From Antedon mediterranea (Eukaryota > Animalia > Echinodermata): a stretch of 64,000 bases of DNA. The stretch lies in assembly GCF_964355755.1 (NCBI RefSeq), contig NC_092673.1, positions 28,393,648-28,457,647 of the forward strand, in the 5' to 3' direction. Shown piece after piece: positions 11,650 through 24,159 of this stretch (positions within the stretch are counted from its first letter, which is position 1; each line of letters opens with the position of its first letter). Under the pieces are notes generated by a model that did not search any database, was not told the DNA's origin, and saw only the letters and a program-made list of their open reading frames with translations. The position numbers and the translations under genes were made by a program.

Positions 11650-12697
11650 CAGGGCCGTAGCCAGGATCTGTCAAGGGGGGGTTCGGACATTAAATATTTG
11701 GGTCAAACCCCTCCCCCTCCCCCAGCCTGATGCGAAGCGAATTTTGTTAAATGACACCCCTAGATGGCCGGAAAAGACACTCTCGTGCAGCATGCTATAT
11801 AACCAATGAGCAAAAGGATCGTATTTTTTTCCTCCTCCTCAAACACGTCGATAATTTAAATGACGATAACTATTTGTTGCCGTATGTTAGATGCGCGTGC
11901 TCTGTGCGGAACCGCCGATTGTTTGATCATTTACTCCGTATTTTGTTTTGCGTTCAAGTTCAATGCGAACGAATATCTAGGAGCAGCCCCGAAAAAAGCA
12001 CACTGGGTGAAGGCAAATGCTATTTGCTAGCTCTATCTATAATATTTATTTACAGCAATTTGTTGAGGAATATAGATATGTAAATAGGTGATATTGATAC
12101 ATTTTTAGTACCTATCGGCTGGTGGTCTAGAAAAAAATAATCGGATGCCATAATGTGAACTACAGTACTTGATACCATAGATATTATAGTGTAAAATATT
12201 AATATTCACTATAATCCTCTATGATACATTATACTTCATTAGTCACACATAAATACTGATGTACGTCGGAAGGCTATATACTTTATGCATGCTGCCTGAC
12301 TGCCAGTGATCTAAACAATTATAGGTACGCAGTTGTCTGGCGGTGTCCTTTGTACGAATCGTTCGTGCGCCAGCTCGCTATGAGACGCGTCAATATCATG
12401 TTACATGCAGGGACCAAACATTTATTTTTCAGGTTAAAATCGGCAATTCATTTGCAGCTTTTAGAAATTTACAGACACGTATCACTAGTTGACGCTCATA
12501 CAGAGAAGAAGGAGGTTCACGAACAAGTTTACGAATTTTTCAATTTACAAACAACTTTTTGTACTGTGGGGCACGTATTTGGTGGATTTTTGGAGATGAG
12601 GGTGAGGTATTTGGCATGTCGGGGATGGGGGTTCGCTGTAAAGGGGGGGGGGGGGGGTTCGCCCGAACCATAAAAACCCCCCCTGGCTACGGGCCTG
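11650..12697. mobile_element. hAT-like non-autonomous element
   Basis: TIR CAGGGCCGTAGCCAGG / CCTGGCTACGGGCCTG with G/C-run subterminal blocks; imperfect 5-bp TSD GAGAT/GATAT. Confidence 0.8.
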
Positions 12698-12862
12698 GAT
12701 ATACATCTCCCTGATCATATTAGTTATTACTGTAATCAATTAAATTGTGTGAGATTTCAAAAACTAATAAAATCATGTACATGTAACAAGAGTGTGTATG
12801 TTGTGTAATGTTCGTCTCCAAAATAGCACTCTGTCCATTTTTAAATCGTGTAAAAAGTAAAT

Positions 12863-12968
12863 AAACAAGGCCATATACATGGATGCAGTTCTGTGCGCAA
12901 ATTTGAGTTAGTGTTTACCGACCGACCGACATAGTGAGCTGTAGAGTCGCGATTGCACGCGACTAAAA
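12863..12968 (+). mobile_element. Helentron-associated (DINE-1/HINE-like) mini element in the MRPS2 upstream region
   Basis: AAACAAGGCCATATAC start, (ACCG)3 microsatellite, and terminal hairpin AGTCGCG-ATTGCA-CGCGACT followed by AAAAA. Confidence 0.6.
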
Positions 12969-13025
12969 ACAGAACAGCCGTAAATCTGGAAAAGTTGTTG
13001 ATCTGGCATTGTTATGTTTTTTCAT

Positions 13026-13042
13026 TTACAGAGAGGGCGCTG
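13026..13042 (+). promoter_or_regulatory. CTCF-like motif upstream of MRPS2
   Basis: Core AGAGGGCGCT matches the 3' part of CCASYAGRKGGCRSY; about 100 bp upstream of the proposed ATG. Confidence 0.3.
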
Positions 13043-13136
13043 TCCTTCCATTGCATGTGTTGTGCGTTAACTCTCGAGCGGATTTTTTGCACGCTGCAAA
13101 AAAACAACACATGATCGATTTTTTAAAATTTTCTAG

Positions 13137-14347
13137 ATGGGGCTTCTAAAATTTGGACGAGTTTTTGGTTTTTATAGAGGTAAATTATTTTATTTATAAA
13201 TCATGTGGATAAGGATTAATGTTTATAAATGCAGTGCTGTTCAACAGCCTGAACCATGTTCGAAAAGAAATTTAATAATAGATAGGGACAAAAATCTCAC
13301 TAGCTAGTCATAACTAACTTAGGCTATTTAGACGCGAGGAATCTGGGATTACAGCTATTAAGAACGATTCGGCCCGAGGATCGATTAAGCCTAGGATGAT
13401 TCGGTCCATTTTTTATTGTAATGTTGTTTTGATTACAGGCGGTCTAATTTTGCAAAGAGCAAAATGTGTGACTATTTGTCAGAAGAAATGGATTTCACAA
13501 GGTCAAGATACAACATCTGAACAAAATTTAGGCCTAGAAACAGAAAAACAAGCAGGACTGCTGAAAACAGGTATAGAATAGAATAGAATAGAACATCATT
13601 CTTTTACTTAATTAATCATTTAATATTAACTTTTTGTTTTAGTTTATAAATTTCACAGTTTGACATTTTTTCACAGAAGAATGCGTTACGCAGCCCCGTG
13701 TTGAGACAAAAGTAATAAACCCTCTGGATTTCAATGATTTCTTTGGCGTTAAAAAACTGTTCAATCTTGAAACATTATTTGATGCAAACGTCCATTTAGG
13801 ACATAAAGAGGGATTGCTAGACCTAAACATGAAGCCCTACCTGTTTGGCATTCGACGTGAACAGTGCATTATTGACTTAGAGAAAACAGTTCCTCGTCTA
13901 CAGCTTGCACTTAATTTCGCAGCACATATTGCGTACCGTAAAGGAATCATTTTGTTTGTGAACCGCACACCACAACACGTTAATCTTACAGAAAAAACAG
14001 CAAAAGAATGCGGAGAGTTTGCCCAGACAAGAAAATGGCAGGGAGGGTGTTTCACAAATGCACAAGTTCAAATCGGACCTGGTACGCGTCTTCCAGATTT
14101 ATTAATATTTACAAACATGTTAAACGACGTTTTGAATCAACATCTTGCAGTGAAGGATGCTGCGAAGATGAACATCCCGACGATTGGCATCGTGGACACA
14201 AATTGTAACCCGAATCTTATCACGTATCCTGTTCCAGGAAATGACGATTCTCCCTCTGCTATTAAGCTTTATTGCAAGTTATTTAAGTTAGCAATTCTAA
14301 AAGGCAAAGCAAAGCGAACAGAAATGGAAAAGACCATTGGAGAGTGA
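13137..14347 (+). CDS. MRPS2: Mitochondrial small-subunit ribosomal protein S2 (uS2m)
   Basis: Exons 13137-13179 ([14 protein letters not shown], presequence-like), 13439-13570 and 13677-14347, joined by phase-1 GT-AG introns. Motifs [44 protein letters not shown] and [32 protein letters not shown] are typical of uS2m. The first two exons are less certain than the third. Confidence 0.95.
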
Positions 14348-15587
14348 ATCATTTGTCGTATTCGATTAAGAACTTTCCTTGTCAACGTAAAGATTTGTTG
14401 AGTACTTTTTGTATTCGAATTGTAAATTTGTGCTTAACAGAAAGTCATTCGAATAGAAAACGTTGACAACGAAAGTCTCTGATAAACTAATTAAAAAAAG
14501 TAGAATACAAATAGAATTGTAAAAAAATTCATAAAATGTTTATATTATTTTGTGGATGGTTATTCAAATAAAATTAGAAACAATATTATATTTCAAATAA
14601 AAAGATTGTTAATTTGATTAAAGTAAACAGGTGATTACAAAATGTTCTTCCAGCTGGTATATTGTTAATTATATTGGTAATATTAAAAAAGAGCAGCAAT
14701 TTCATTAATTTATTAGTGATTTGGTTTATATTATGAAATCAAGATTATTTGTTATTTATATAAAAAACTATATTGTTTAAATAACAATAGAAAAATCTTA
14801 ATAAGAATATTAACAATAAAGACCTGTAAAATAAAAGAAGGGTAAATCTACAAATAAGAGGCAAAAAGAAATATATAAAAATGAGAAGTCAAAAATATGG
14901 AACCCTTTCTGTTGTCCCTGCGAAAGCATGACATTCACCCACCATCCCTGCGAAAGTATGACACACAAATTTGTGAAGCTCTCCATATTCTTAAATTTTT
15001 TACTTAATCTGCGTTTTCCCTCTTTATCCGGAGTTACCCTTGTTTTTATTTTATCTGAAAACATTCAGTAGACCTTCTGATATCTGTCAAATTAAGACAA
15101 TTACATTATGGAGCTGAATGGAGAAATATTGTGATTCGAAGTTGATATTAAAAATAGACAAATATTAATAATTACTGTATTGCTTTTTTTATTTTTTCAG
15201 TAGCACCTCCAAGGTAAAATGTTATAATAATGTACATTATAAAACATGTTCAAGAGACATTAATGTTAATATTTGAATGTTCTTACCATGATCACCAATT
15301 GTATGTAGCTATTAAAACTACATTATAAAACATTGTTAAAAAGACATTGAATGCTCAACATGATCACCAATTAAAACTAAATGTGTTGTTCAACATTTTT
15401 CATATTAAAATTCCTTTTCTATACTACAAGTGAATACTGTATTTTTATTATACTTTTATTGAGCTTATACAAACAACATGCAGCTGTAAATAAATATGAA
15501 ATAAAATATTTGAAGACTTAATGTAATATAGGATGAGATCACACATATTTTAACTGTACTGTGTTAGCATGAGTTCACACACGTATT

Positions 15588-18500
15588 TCAACTGTGTACT
15601 GTGGTAGGATGGGTTCCCACATGTCCGTCAAACATATCAATGACTGTATTCCATCTATCTGGTTTACCTTCTTGTCTTACTGGTGGTAAGACTGGATCTG
15701 TTGCCGTCTTTGGCAGTGGATAAAAGGTCTGAACATTCTTCTTTCTTTGATTCTGGTATGTAACCTTATTCCGTGCTTCTGCAAGCCTCTCATTGGCTGC
15801 TTGCAGCATCTTCGTGTCCAACGTTGCCTTCTCAACCACAACCTGCGCTTGTCGCATAAGTTTACGATGCTCAAGGTATCGCAGGACTAACTCGGATTGA
15901 TGGCGATGCCGTTCTTTTTCGGCTTCAGTAAAGTCTTGTACATTTTGTAGATCTTCTTCCCTCTTGGCTGTCTTGTCATGTTGCAACAATGCATTTGAAA
16001 TTGATGTATGTTGTCCATTGAACTCAACTAAAAACATCCTATCAGATTTTAATTTATGCGTAAAACTTTGTGAACGTGTCAAGACAGCTTTTCTTTTCTT
16101 CAACGCTTTTTTCTCTTGTAAAAGCTGTTGTTCTCTTTGCTTAGCCATATCTGCTTGGTCTTTATCATTCTTTTGAATTGCTTGCTGCCTTTTTTCTTCA
16201 AGAATTGTTTTAGCGCGAAGTTTACCTTCCTCTCGCTGTTCTCTCAAACCTATCACATAGTCCATTCGTGCATTGGCTTTTTCCATACGAGTTCTATCTT
16301 TGTAGGCTTGCTGAACAGCACGCAAACACGACATCCCCATCGTACCTTGTACACGCGCAAACAACCTTTGATCAGCTGTCATTGGTTTTCTTCGCAATTT
16401 CTTTTTCGGTGTTGTGCATTTATTTTCTATAAACGTTTTGTTAGCTTCGCGTACATCTCTGCCAGCTTCTCTTCTTGACTCCAAAAGCTCTTGATATTTG
16501 TCAACATCTACTATTGCTGATTTCATTCCCGATAACCGGAATTTTATACGTGGTTCTTCATCTTCTTCATTGTCGGAAAATATGGGCGATAACTGCCGAT
16601 CTCGTAGTAGATCAGTATCTGATAATGGCCCAAGCATCTGTTTAACGGTTTTAAACACCTTTCGTTTAGTGTCTTTGTTTTTCTCCAACTTGCGAGGTAT
16701 CATGGTTGCATCGGTGGCAAGTGTTAATTTTGATAATATCTCAATTTGGGTCTCATCTGGTACGTTTGTTTCCATGACAATCCCGTCAAGCGGGTTGTCT
16801 AATGTGAACTGTGAGTTTTCTTGAAGTTTTGTGAGGTCAATTAGTATGTTTTTCCTTTTTCTGTGAGTAGGAGATACTGTTGCCTGAACATTCAACTGAA
16901 AGAAAGAGAAACAAAATCAGTCAGTATTATTTTAGAGGGTCCAGAAAATTGGTAAATTAAAAATAACTATTGACTATTCATTTACAGTAATAGGTTTATT
17001 TCTCCTCCTCTTATTTTTATGTAACAAAATAAAAGGATCAGTCAGTATTATAGAGTAGACAAAGGGTCCAGAAATTGTTAAAACATTTATTTTCTCTTCT
17101 TTGTTTCATGCAACAAAACAAAAAGAGAGTCAAAAAACCAAAACTAAATTGTTAAAAACCCCACAATGAACCTAGGGTGGTTGTGGAGGGATAATGATGG
17201 ATTTAATGATTGTATGCATTTTAATAATAATAATAATATCAAACATTTACAAAGCGCTCTTTTAGTCTCACATCACAACATTAAAAAAATAACTATTGAA
17301 ATAGGTGAGTTTCAGGAGAGGTTTGAATTGAAAAGGCGAAGAAGTTAAACTGATATTTTGAACAATAACATTAACAACATAGCAAACCTCTTGTTGAATG
17401 ACTTCTCCATCTCTGTGGCTCACTGATGAATCATCACCAGAAGGAATCAATGTTGAATCAATTGAACCTGGTCTTCTGTTCACCAGATACGTGTCATAAT
17501 CAATACCAAGACTTTCAGGTGCAGTGGCCTCTGAAGGAGGATTGGTTGGCACTGTCACCTCAATCTCTCTACTTGGAGGTTTACTGGTGCTGGTGGGTCT
17601 CTGTTTTGTTGGTGAGGTGATCCTTATCGGAGGTGCCACCCATTTGAGGCCTTTGTATTTTCTCCAGCATCGCTGAATACAAACGGCGCCCCTATTGACA
17701 GAAAAATATAACAATGCAAATGTAAATTTCCTTTAAACTTTATGTGACAAAAAAATGTGATGATATCATATCACTACAATGTGGGCATATCACTACATCA
17801 CACTTTTTTTGTCAAACTAGTTTGATAGTGTAGACAGAGCTTTAACAATAACATAGTGTTTTTCATAACATGGCAAGCAACAACATTCAAGTTATTGAAT
17901 CCAACAGTCATTCTGTGCAGGCTTATGTTTCTGAAGGTGTGCAGAATGACTTTTTTAAATAGGCATTTTTTAAAGATGGCCTTCATTTTGTGATGGGCTT
18001 AAAGCCCCCTTCCCTACGTTTTTGAGATGTAATTTAAGATTACAAACTATATTTAATGTAAAAATAATACTATATGGTCCTATTGCGATAACTTTTTTCG
18101 TCTTTAAACGGTTAAAAATGTGAAAAATAAGTCGATTCTAATAATTATAGCGGCCCGCTATAAATCCCAAAATGCATTGCGCGCGGATTGATATTTTTGT
18201 TTTCCCCCTGTAATTCGCCCACTTTTTGATCGATCGTGAGGCCAAAACAAATGGAAGACTCCTAACTTTTCAGCGAAAATACCGGGTTTTCCCCAATTTG
18301 TATCAACGGAGTCTGGCAAAAATAGAAAGACAATTAATGCAGCAACTATACAACGTCAGGCTAGGTATATAGCTAGCGTACGATGTTCGTACGTTACCGA
18401 TGTTTACCAGCTAGGCCTACAAAACTAAGCCTAGCTAGGCTAGGCCTAAGACCGTCCACGAGAGGTCGATCGCCGCGAGCTACTTAGGTAGTGCATTGTT

Positions 18501-20894
18501 TCTCACTTTTCATCATAATTTACCATAAAACGTACATTTAAGACAAGGAATGACATGGTTTAATGTTTTTAAAGTGATATATATGTATTATTTTCCAAAA
18601 AACGTCCAAAATTGCAGGGAAGGGGTCTTTAACTTTCAAACTTTCAAAAATGAATTTTCGTTTAAAATGAATTTTTATTCAAAATGAATTCTTATGAGAA
18701 AAGCTATGTGGAAGAAGTGAAAATGAAACAATTTCTTACCATACACGGTTGTCAGACACTTTTTTGAAACTGCGTCTTGCAATGATTCCACGAATAAACT
18801 TCTGAATGATGAGGACAGGGCTATACTTGGCCTGAATCAAGGACACGTGTCTCAACACTTGTTTAATATTATTGAGTTCATCTGTAAGTGTTGGCTCCTA
18901 AAAGATATTCAGGAATGATTTAAGGTCTGATTTCTTTCCCATATACAGTATATTGTAATATTTATTGTCGATTATCTGTATTATTCGTACAGTGGAGGTA
19001 TATCGTCGTCCATCAATAATTTGTCTAGTATCATTTTGTGTCACATGTGATACCTGTATCATAGACCATACATAGTGAAGGGGTCACATGTGATACATAT
19101 TAATACAATATTACAGTTTGCCATGTGGATTGACAGTCCAGATAATCATTTACATGAAATTTGAATGAGAGTTAGGTGCTCTGACTACACTATCAAACTA
19201 GTTTGACAAAAACGTGTGATGTACCCAAATATGTAGTGCTATGACATCATCATGTCCATATATAGGCACATCACATTTTTTGTCAGTGTAGACAGAGACT
19301 TACCGTTGGAAGTGGTAGCATTGGGTTGTACTTAAAGTTTACATGCATTGTCTGAAAGTTCCCTCCAAAAATTGCATCTTCAATTATTTCTTCATCTGAT
19401 ATCACATGATAATCTAAAGCACGAAGACTCCAAATACTACAAAACAAGTATATATACAAAAATATTTATCAAAAAAATGATAATGATTTAAAATTAAAAA
19501 ATAATTCATATGTTTATATTTTAAACAAGCCTTGTATTGTGGAGAAACAATATTTACAGTGCACTTAAATTTGGTATCATACATCACACCTACAGCACAC
19601 CTGAATGTGTTGAGAAGTGAAATTTGTTGCACACATAAAATTATAAACAATTATTCAAATTGTTATAAAACATAAATAATCATGAATATTCATTACCTGT
19701 TGACAACATGATGTCGATAACTTTTCTTAAGACTGATTGGCGTATCATACAACGTAAGCAACTCTAACTTTTGAGCAGCCCCAATATTATGTACGCAGTC
19801 CAGTCTGCTAATGCTGTTATTATGTAGGTATAGAACCTTTAGTGAGGAGAGTGAGTGCCAGAAATCTGGTTTTGGCAATGTTGTTATCTGCAGGAAAAAA
19901 TGCATATTGTGATTTTCAGAAGAATTAGCAGTTACGATATTGTTAATGTCATCATTTTATCAATCAATTTATTCAGATAAGATTCAGATTCAGATAATAT
20001 TTATTTAGATAATAATGAATGAATATATACAAAATAGAAAAAAGATATTAAAGTGAACATAGATAAAGCAGTAATTGGTAGTCATTTTGGCATCTATTTG
20101 TCATTTATTACCTGAGATGACATTCACAATTACTATTATCACATGTAACTATCATTTCATCATTTCAATCAGACAGCTTACTACTCTAAACCCTTTCAAG
20201 ACTCAGTTGAAGTCTTTCCCTTTTAAAACAAGGTTTCATTAATTTCAATTCTCGTCTATTTTATGTACAGTGCATTGAGAGCTTGCTTAAATAAGAATGA
20301 ACTATTATTATTGTAGGTAATTTATTTTTCTATTTTGTCGATGATTTGACTTTTTTCTTGATATTGATGTTGATAACTTTTAGGATAGAATTGTTTTGAT
20401 ACTTGTTTTTTTGTTAATGTTTTAACTTTGTATGAAACAAGCACCATTATTTCAACTAAAGTAATCTTATCTTCATCTTTATCATCATAACTTAACTAAC
20501 GTTATCACAATCACAAAAAACAGTTATTTACCTGGTTGCTATGCACATCAAGTTTAACGAGAGCTTTGCAGTAAGCGAGGCAATCAATTGATGTGATGTA
20601 ATTATTTGCCAGACTGCAAATTGTAAGCCTCTCACAAAGGTGAATCTGACCCACATCTCGTAGGTGTACCCCTACCAATTTGATCACTTGGACATTGGCA
20701 AGACTATCGCCCTTCACTGGACAGTACCTGCTCTCTAGATACTGCCGGTTTGGTGAGACAATGTAACCCTCGGCTTCGGCTTGGCGCAGGAATCCTTCAT
20801 TTCGTTCCTTCTTCAATAACGCACTAAGTCGAAGTGGTTTCTGCTGCTCAAACACCCAGGATGAAATCAGATGTCTATCGGGAAGTGACAACAT
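15588..20894 (-). CDS. LRRIQ3: Leucine-rich repeat and IQ motif protein, LRRIQ3-like
   Basis: Six minus-strand exons splice in frame: 20894-20532, 19887-19697, 19436-19304, 18897-18740, 17691-17388, 16895-15588. They encode N-terminal LRRs (LVKLDVHSNQITTLP, LKVLYLHNNSIS), an LRR cap (YRHHVVNSIWSLRALDYHVISDEEII), IQ motifs (IQKFIRGIIARR, IQRCWRKYK) and a long charged coiled-coil C-terminus. Confidence 0.85.
17735..17841. mobile_element. Harbinger-type MITE, partial copy
   Basis: Lacks the left TIR; ends GTTTGATAGTGTAGACAGAGCT|TTA. Confidence 0.8.
18003..18628. mobile_element. Kolobok-like non-autonomous DNA transposon
   Basis: TTAA|AGCCCCCTTCCCTAC ... GCAGGGAAGGGGTCT|TTAA; near-identical copy at 36574-37199. 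Confidence 0.88.
19177..19299. mobile_element. Harbinger-type MITE abutting an LRRIQ3 splice donor
   Basis: GCTCTGACTACACTATCAAAC ... GTGTAGACAGAGAC immediately followed by TTAC, the minus-strand donor. Confidence 0.8.
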
Positions 20895-21694
20895 TTTTTG
20901 TATTTTGCGTTTTTACAAAAACATTGTCACATCAGACCAGTTCAAAATCATTAAATCTCAATTTATTATTCTTGTCATCTTTCATGATAAAAGCTAACCT
21001 GCAATATTATATGAAATATTAATTATTATTAATAAATCATAAATGATGATTTAATAAACTTAATTTGTTAGTGCATGCATATTATTGCAGTGACTAATTA
21101 ATTGTATGACAAAACTACTTATACTACTATAGCTTCCTCAGATGTAGACCTAGGCCTAGCAGAAATAGGCATACATAAACGGGACAAACCTATCCCATCA
21201 TGCTAGCTAGGCTAGAGAGGCCTAGCTAGTAGGGTAGGCCCAGTCGTGCATTATGAAGTCTACTCCCGAGTCTACTCTCTCTCTCTCTTTCTCCTCCTAC
21301 GTACCTTTAGACTAGGCTAGGCCTTACTAATACTATTACTAGCCGACTTAATTACTTAGTACATGGAGTAAAGAATACTCCATGCTTACTCTTTAGTACA
21401 ACTTGATATTATAATATAATGATTGATAGGAGGACGTCGTCTACTAACTAAACTATAGAGAGTAGAGTATAGAAATTAGTATACTCTACTCTAGCTAGGC
21501 CTACTAAAGTACTAACCACACTAGCTAAGCTGCTCAGTCAGCCTGCAATATAATGCTTCTTATTTGCTTATTACATATAAATAAACATTCATTTACTTGC
21601 TTTTTTCAATATTATTCATCAATTAAAGTTCGATCAACAATCTCAAAATCTCTGCTTCCTTCTTTGTTGCCACGTCTCGGTTGGTTGAATGACT

Positions 21695-21708
21695 GTTTCC
21701 CTAGTAAC
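21695..21708. promoter_or_regulatory. RFX X-box-like motif upstream of LRRIQ3
   Basis: GTTTCCCTAGTAAC versus consensus GTTNCCATRGNAAC (one mismatch). It lies about 100 bp from a candidate non-coding first-exon donor at 21596, with a candidate acceptor at 20999. Confidence 0.55.
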
Positions 21709-22151
21709 ATCAAAACAATAACATAGACTAGACACTACGTCATACAGGATTTTAGATTGCGTCTTCATTACTTTTTTTTGGTACCTGGATAATGGCGGGA
21801 AAAGAATATGATCAGTACTTCAATAAAATATTACATTTTTAACATTTGTATAATTTCAAATAAAATTAAATGAAAAACAATGGAAGTTTTGATTAATATC
21901 AAAATAGGTATTATTTTGTAATAAATAAATGGTACAGTCGAATAAAAATAAAGTAAAAAACAATATAATAATATGGAGCTCTGCCTTATGATATAACAGT
22001 TAACACAACATACCTTTTCTAAGAAATATTCTAACCAGTCAATTAACCATATTCAATTCATAAACATTCATTATTTGTTTTATATACTATATTTTTCTGA
22101 TCAGTAATTTTACAAACAAGATCACAAAAAGAGAGTAAAAAGAATCTGGAT

Positions 22152-22166
22152 AGCGCCATCTACGAG
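22152..22166 (-). promoter_or_regulatory. CTCF-like motif
   Basis: AGCGCCATCTACGAG; its reverse complement contains TAGATGGCGCT. Confidence 0.35.
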
Positions 22167-24159
22167 CACAAACTTATTCTTTAAAAAATATGGCAAACCC
22201 AGTCAAGCGCGAATTGTGAAATAAGTATGTTGTGAGCAGCAGACAGCAGGAATTCCGCATAGGCTTCAGTATTCTACCATAATTTTCGGATACATTAATA
22301 CCAAATGGATAATTTTAAAGGTGTAAGTAATTGCAATAAGTGAATGATAATATGGAGGAAACAAATACGACGCTTGAAAGTTGGATGCATGTATTCGGTA
22401 AGTAATGTAAACTGTGTTTGAACTGCGCTGATGATGATCACTTTGTTGTTGTTGTGGTGAGGAGAGAGGGAAGGACCGCGTGATTCAACCGGTGGTACCA
22501 CCATACCATTACCATACAAGGATAGGGCCTAGAATTAATATTTAAATTAAACCTGTACTCTTTATATTTACCCAATACCCATAAAATAGTAAACCATCCA
22601 TAGGAATAAGAAGTTGAATTATCAAGATAAATCTTTAGGTACCATATAACTCCTGTTTTAAATGTGATTTTTGTTGATATTTTTTAGTTGAAATTTGTGG
22701 AAGAATTTTAGGTTGTTTAGTTATCCTTCATAGTACCCATAATGCCCTCTGGCTGTGACTTAAAAAAAAATTTCTCATACTGGTAAGTGTAATTAAAGCA
22801 ATTTGATACTTGAAGATGATTACAAAAAAAGATGATCCTAGAAAATAATAGTTATAAAAATAAATTAAAAGAGGTAGTACTAGTACAGTAGGTAAGGTAG
22901 GCCTGTGAAGAATGCCAAAATAGACCATGGTCATTTTAAACTGTAAGATTATAAATATATTCTGAACTTAGAAATTATGAAAAAACATTACTATTGACAG
23001 ATGAAAAAAAACATGTTGCATTCATTTAGTGGTAAGTGTTTTTGACAAGTCTGCAGCTGGAACTCTACCTGATGTTGATGTTTGGAAAGTAATATGGTAC
23101 ACATTGATACTATCCAGTATTGTAAAGCAATCATTACCGCTTCAGTTCCCTAATTACGTCTTATTAGAATTTCACCATTTTTCGTGGTAATCCTGTTACT
23201 GTTATGGTTTTTGTCAATGGGGGTTAGGTAAATTCCACTGATTATGCCCAATCTCTCGTGAATTTGAAATAACACTAATTGCTCTTTTGTAAAGTGAATG
23301 GTTAAAGTCGTATGAGTCATAATTTGAATAACGTAACGTGTAGGGTTAGGGTGTTTTCCGAATGATCGCACGATCAAAGCGGTACTGGGTTATATCCATA
23401 CAAAATTTATGTAATGTATCTTCTTATTTGCTAGGGTTATAACAACTTCAAGTGGGTAAATTTTAAATCTGCCAGAGAAAAGAAGTTTTTCCCATCACAT
23501 TTCACACTACTTTAAAAAAATATATATTTATATCCAATTTCTCATATTCTCCAACATTTGTAATTAAATAATTAGGTCTTCTACTATGCATATCTAGCAA
23601 CGTGAGTTCTTATGATAATTGCATATAAATCCCTAGATCAAACGATCTGAATAAATGAAACATACACATTTTAGTACTACAGGAATGTGAATCTAGTAGC
23701 TACAGTATAATTGAAAACAAATTGAACTGATCATCATAAATGTCATAATACATAAAATTATAAAAAGTATGCTATATAATTAAATAATTGTTTAATCATA
23801 GATTTGCAACCAAATTAAATTTATATAATATTTAAAAGTATATTAAACCAATAGTTTCATTATTTCCAGGATACTTCATTGTATGTCTATATCGTGCCTA
23901 GCTTACCTGGATAAACTGACAATAGCCCTTTCTCCATGAAGAGTGAGATATAATTTGAAAAGTAGAAATTTACATTACATTCTATTTCCATGGCTTTGTA
24001 ATGTTTAACACTTATTAATCATAGGCCTACTATCCTATATTCTATTTTAACTTCTTGGATGTAAATGATTGTATTGCTGATATGAATATTATAGTACAGT
24101 AATGTTTAAAAACATTATGTTTCAGACTTTCAGGAAATATGAAGGAAAGGTTGGGAGAA

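Noticed and set aside
11609-12739. ORFs of 64-110 aa inside the hAT-like element as a transposase
   Set aside because: They are short, with no BED finger, DDE or hAT dimerisation motifs.
13111-13149. ATG at 13111 as the MRPS2 start, and the ORF-track start at 13814
   Set aside because: 13111 hits TAA after 12 codons, so it is at most a uORF. 13814 is an internal TTG, and homology extends upstream to the acceptor at 13677.
15964-17620. Plus-strand ORFs of 60-116 aa
   Set aside because: Most are antisense shadows of the LRRIQ3 exons; none has recognisable motifs.
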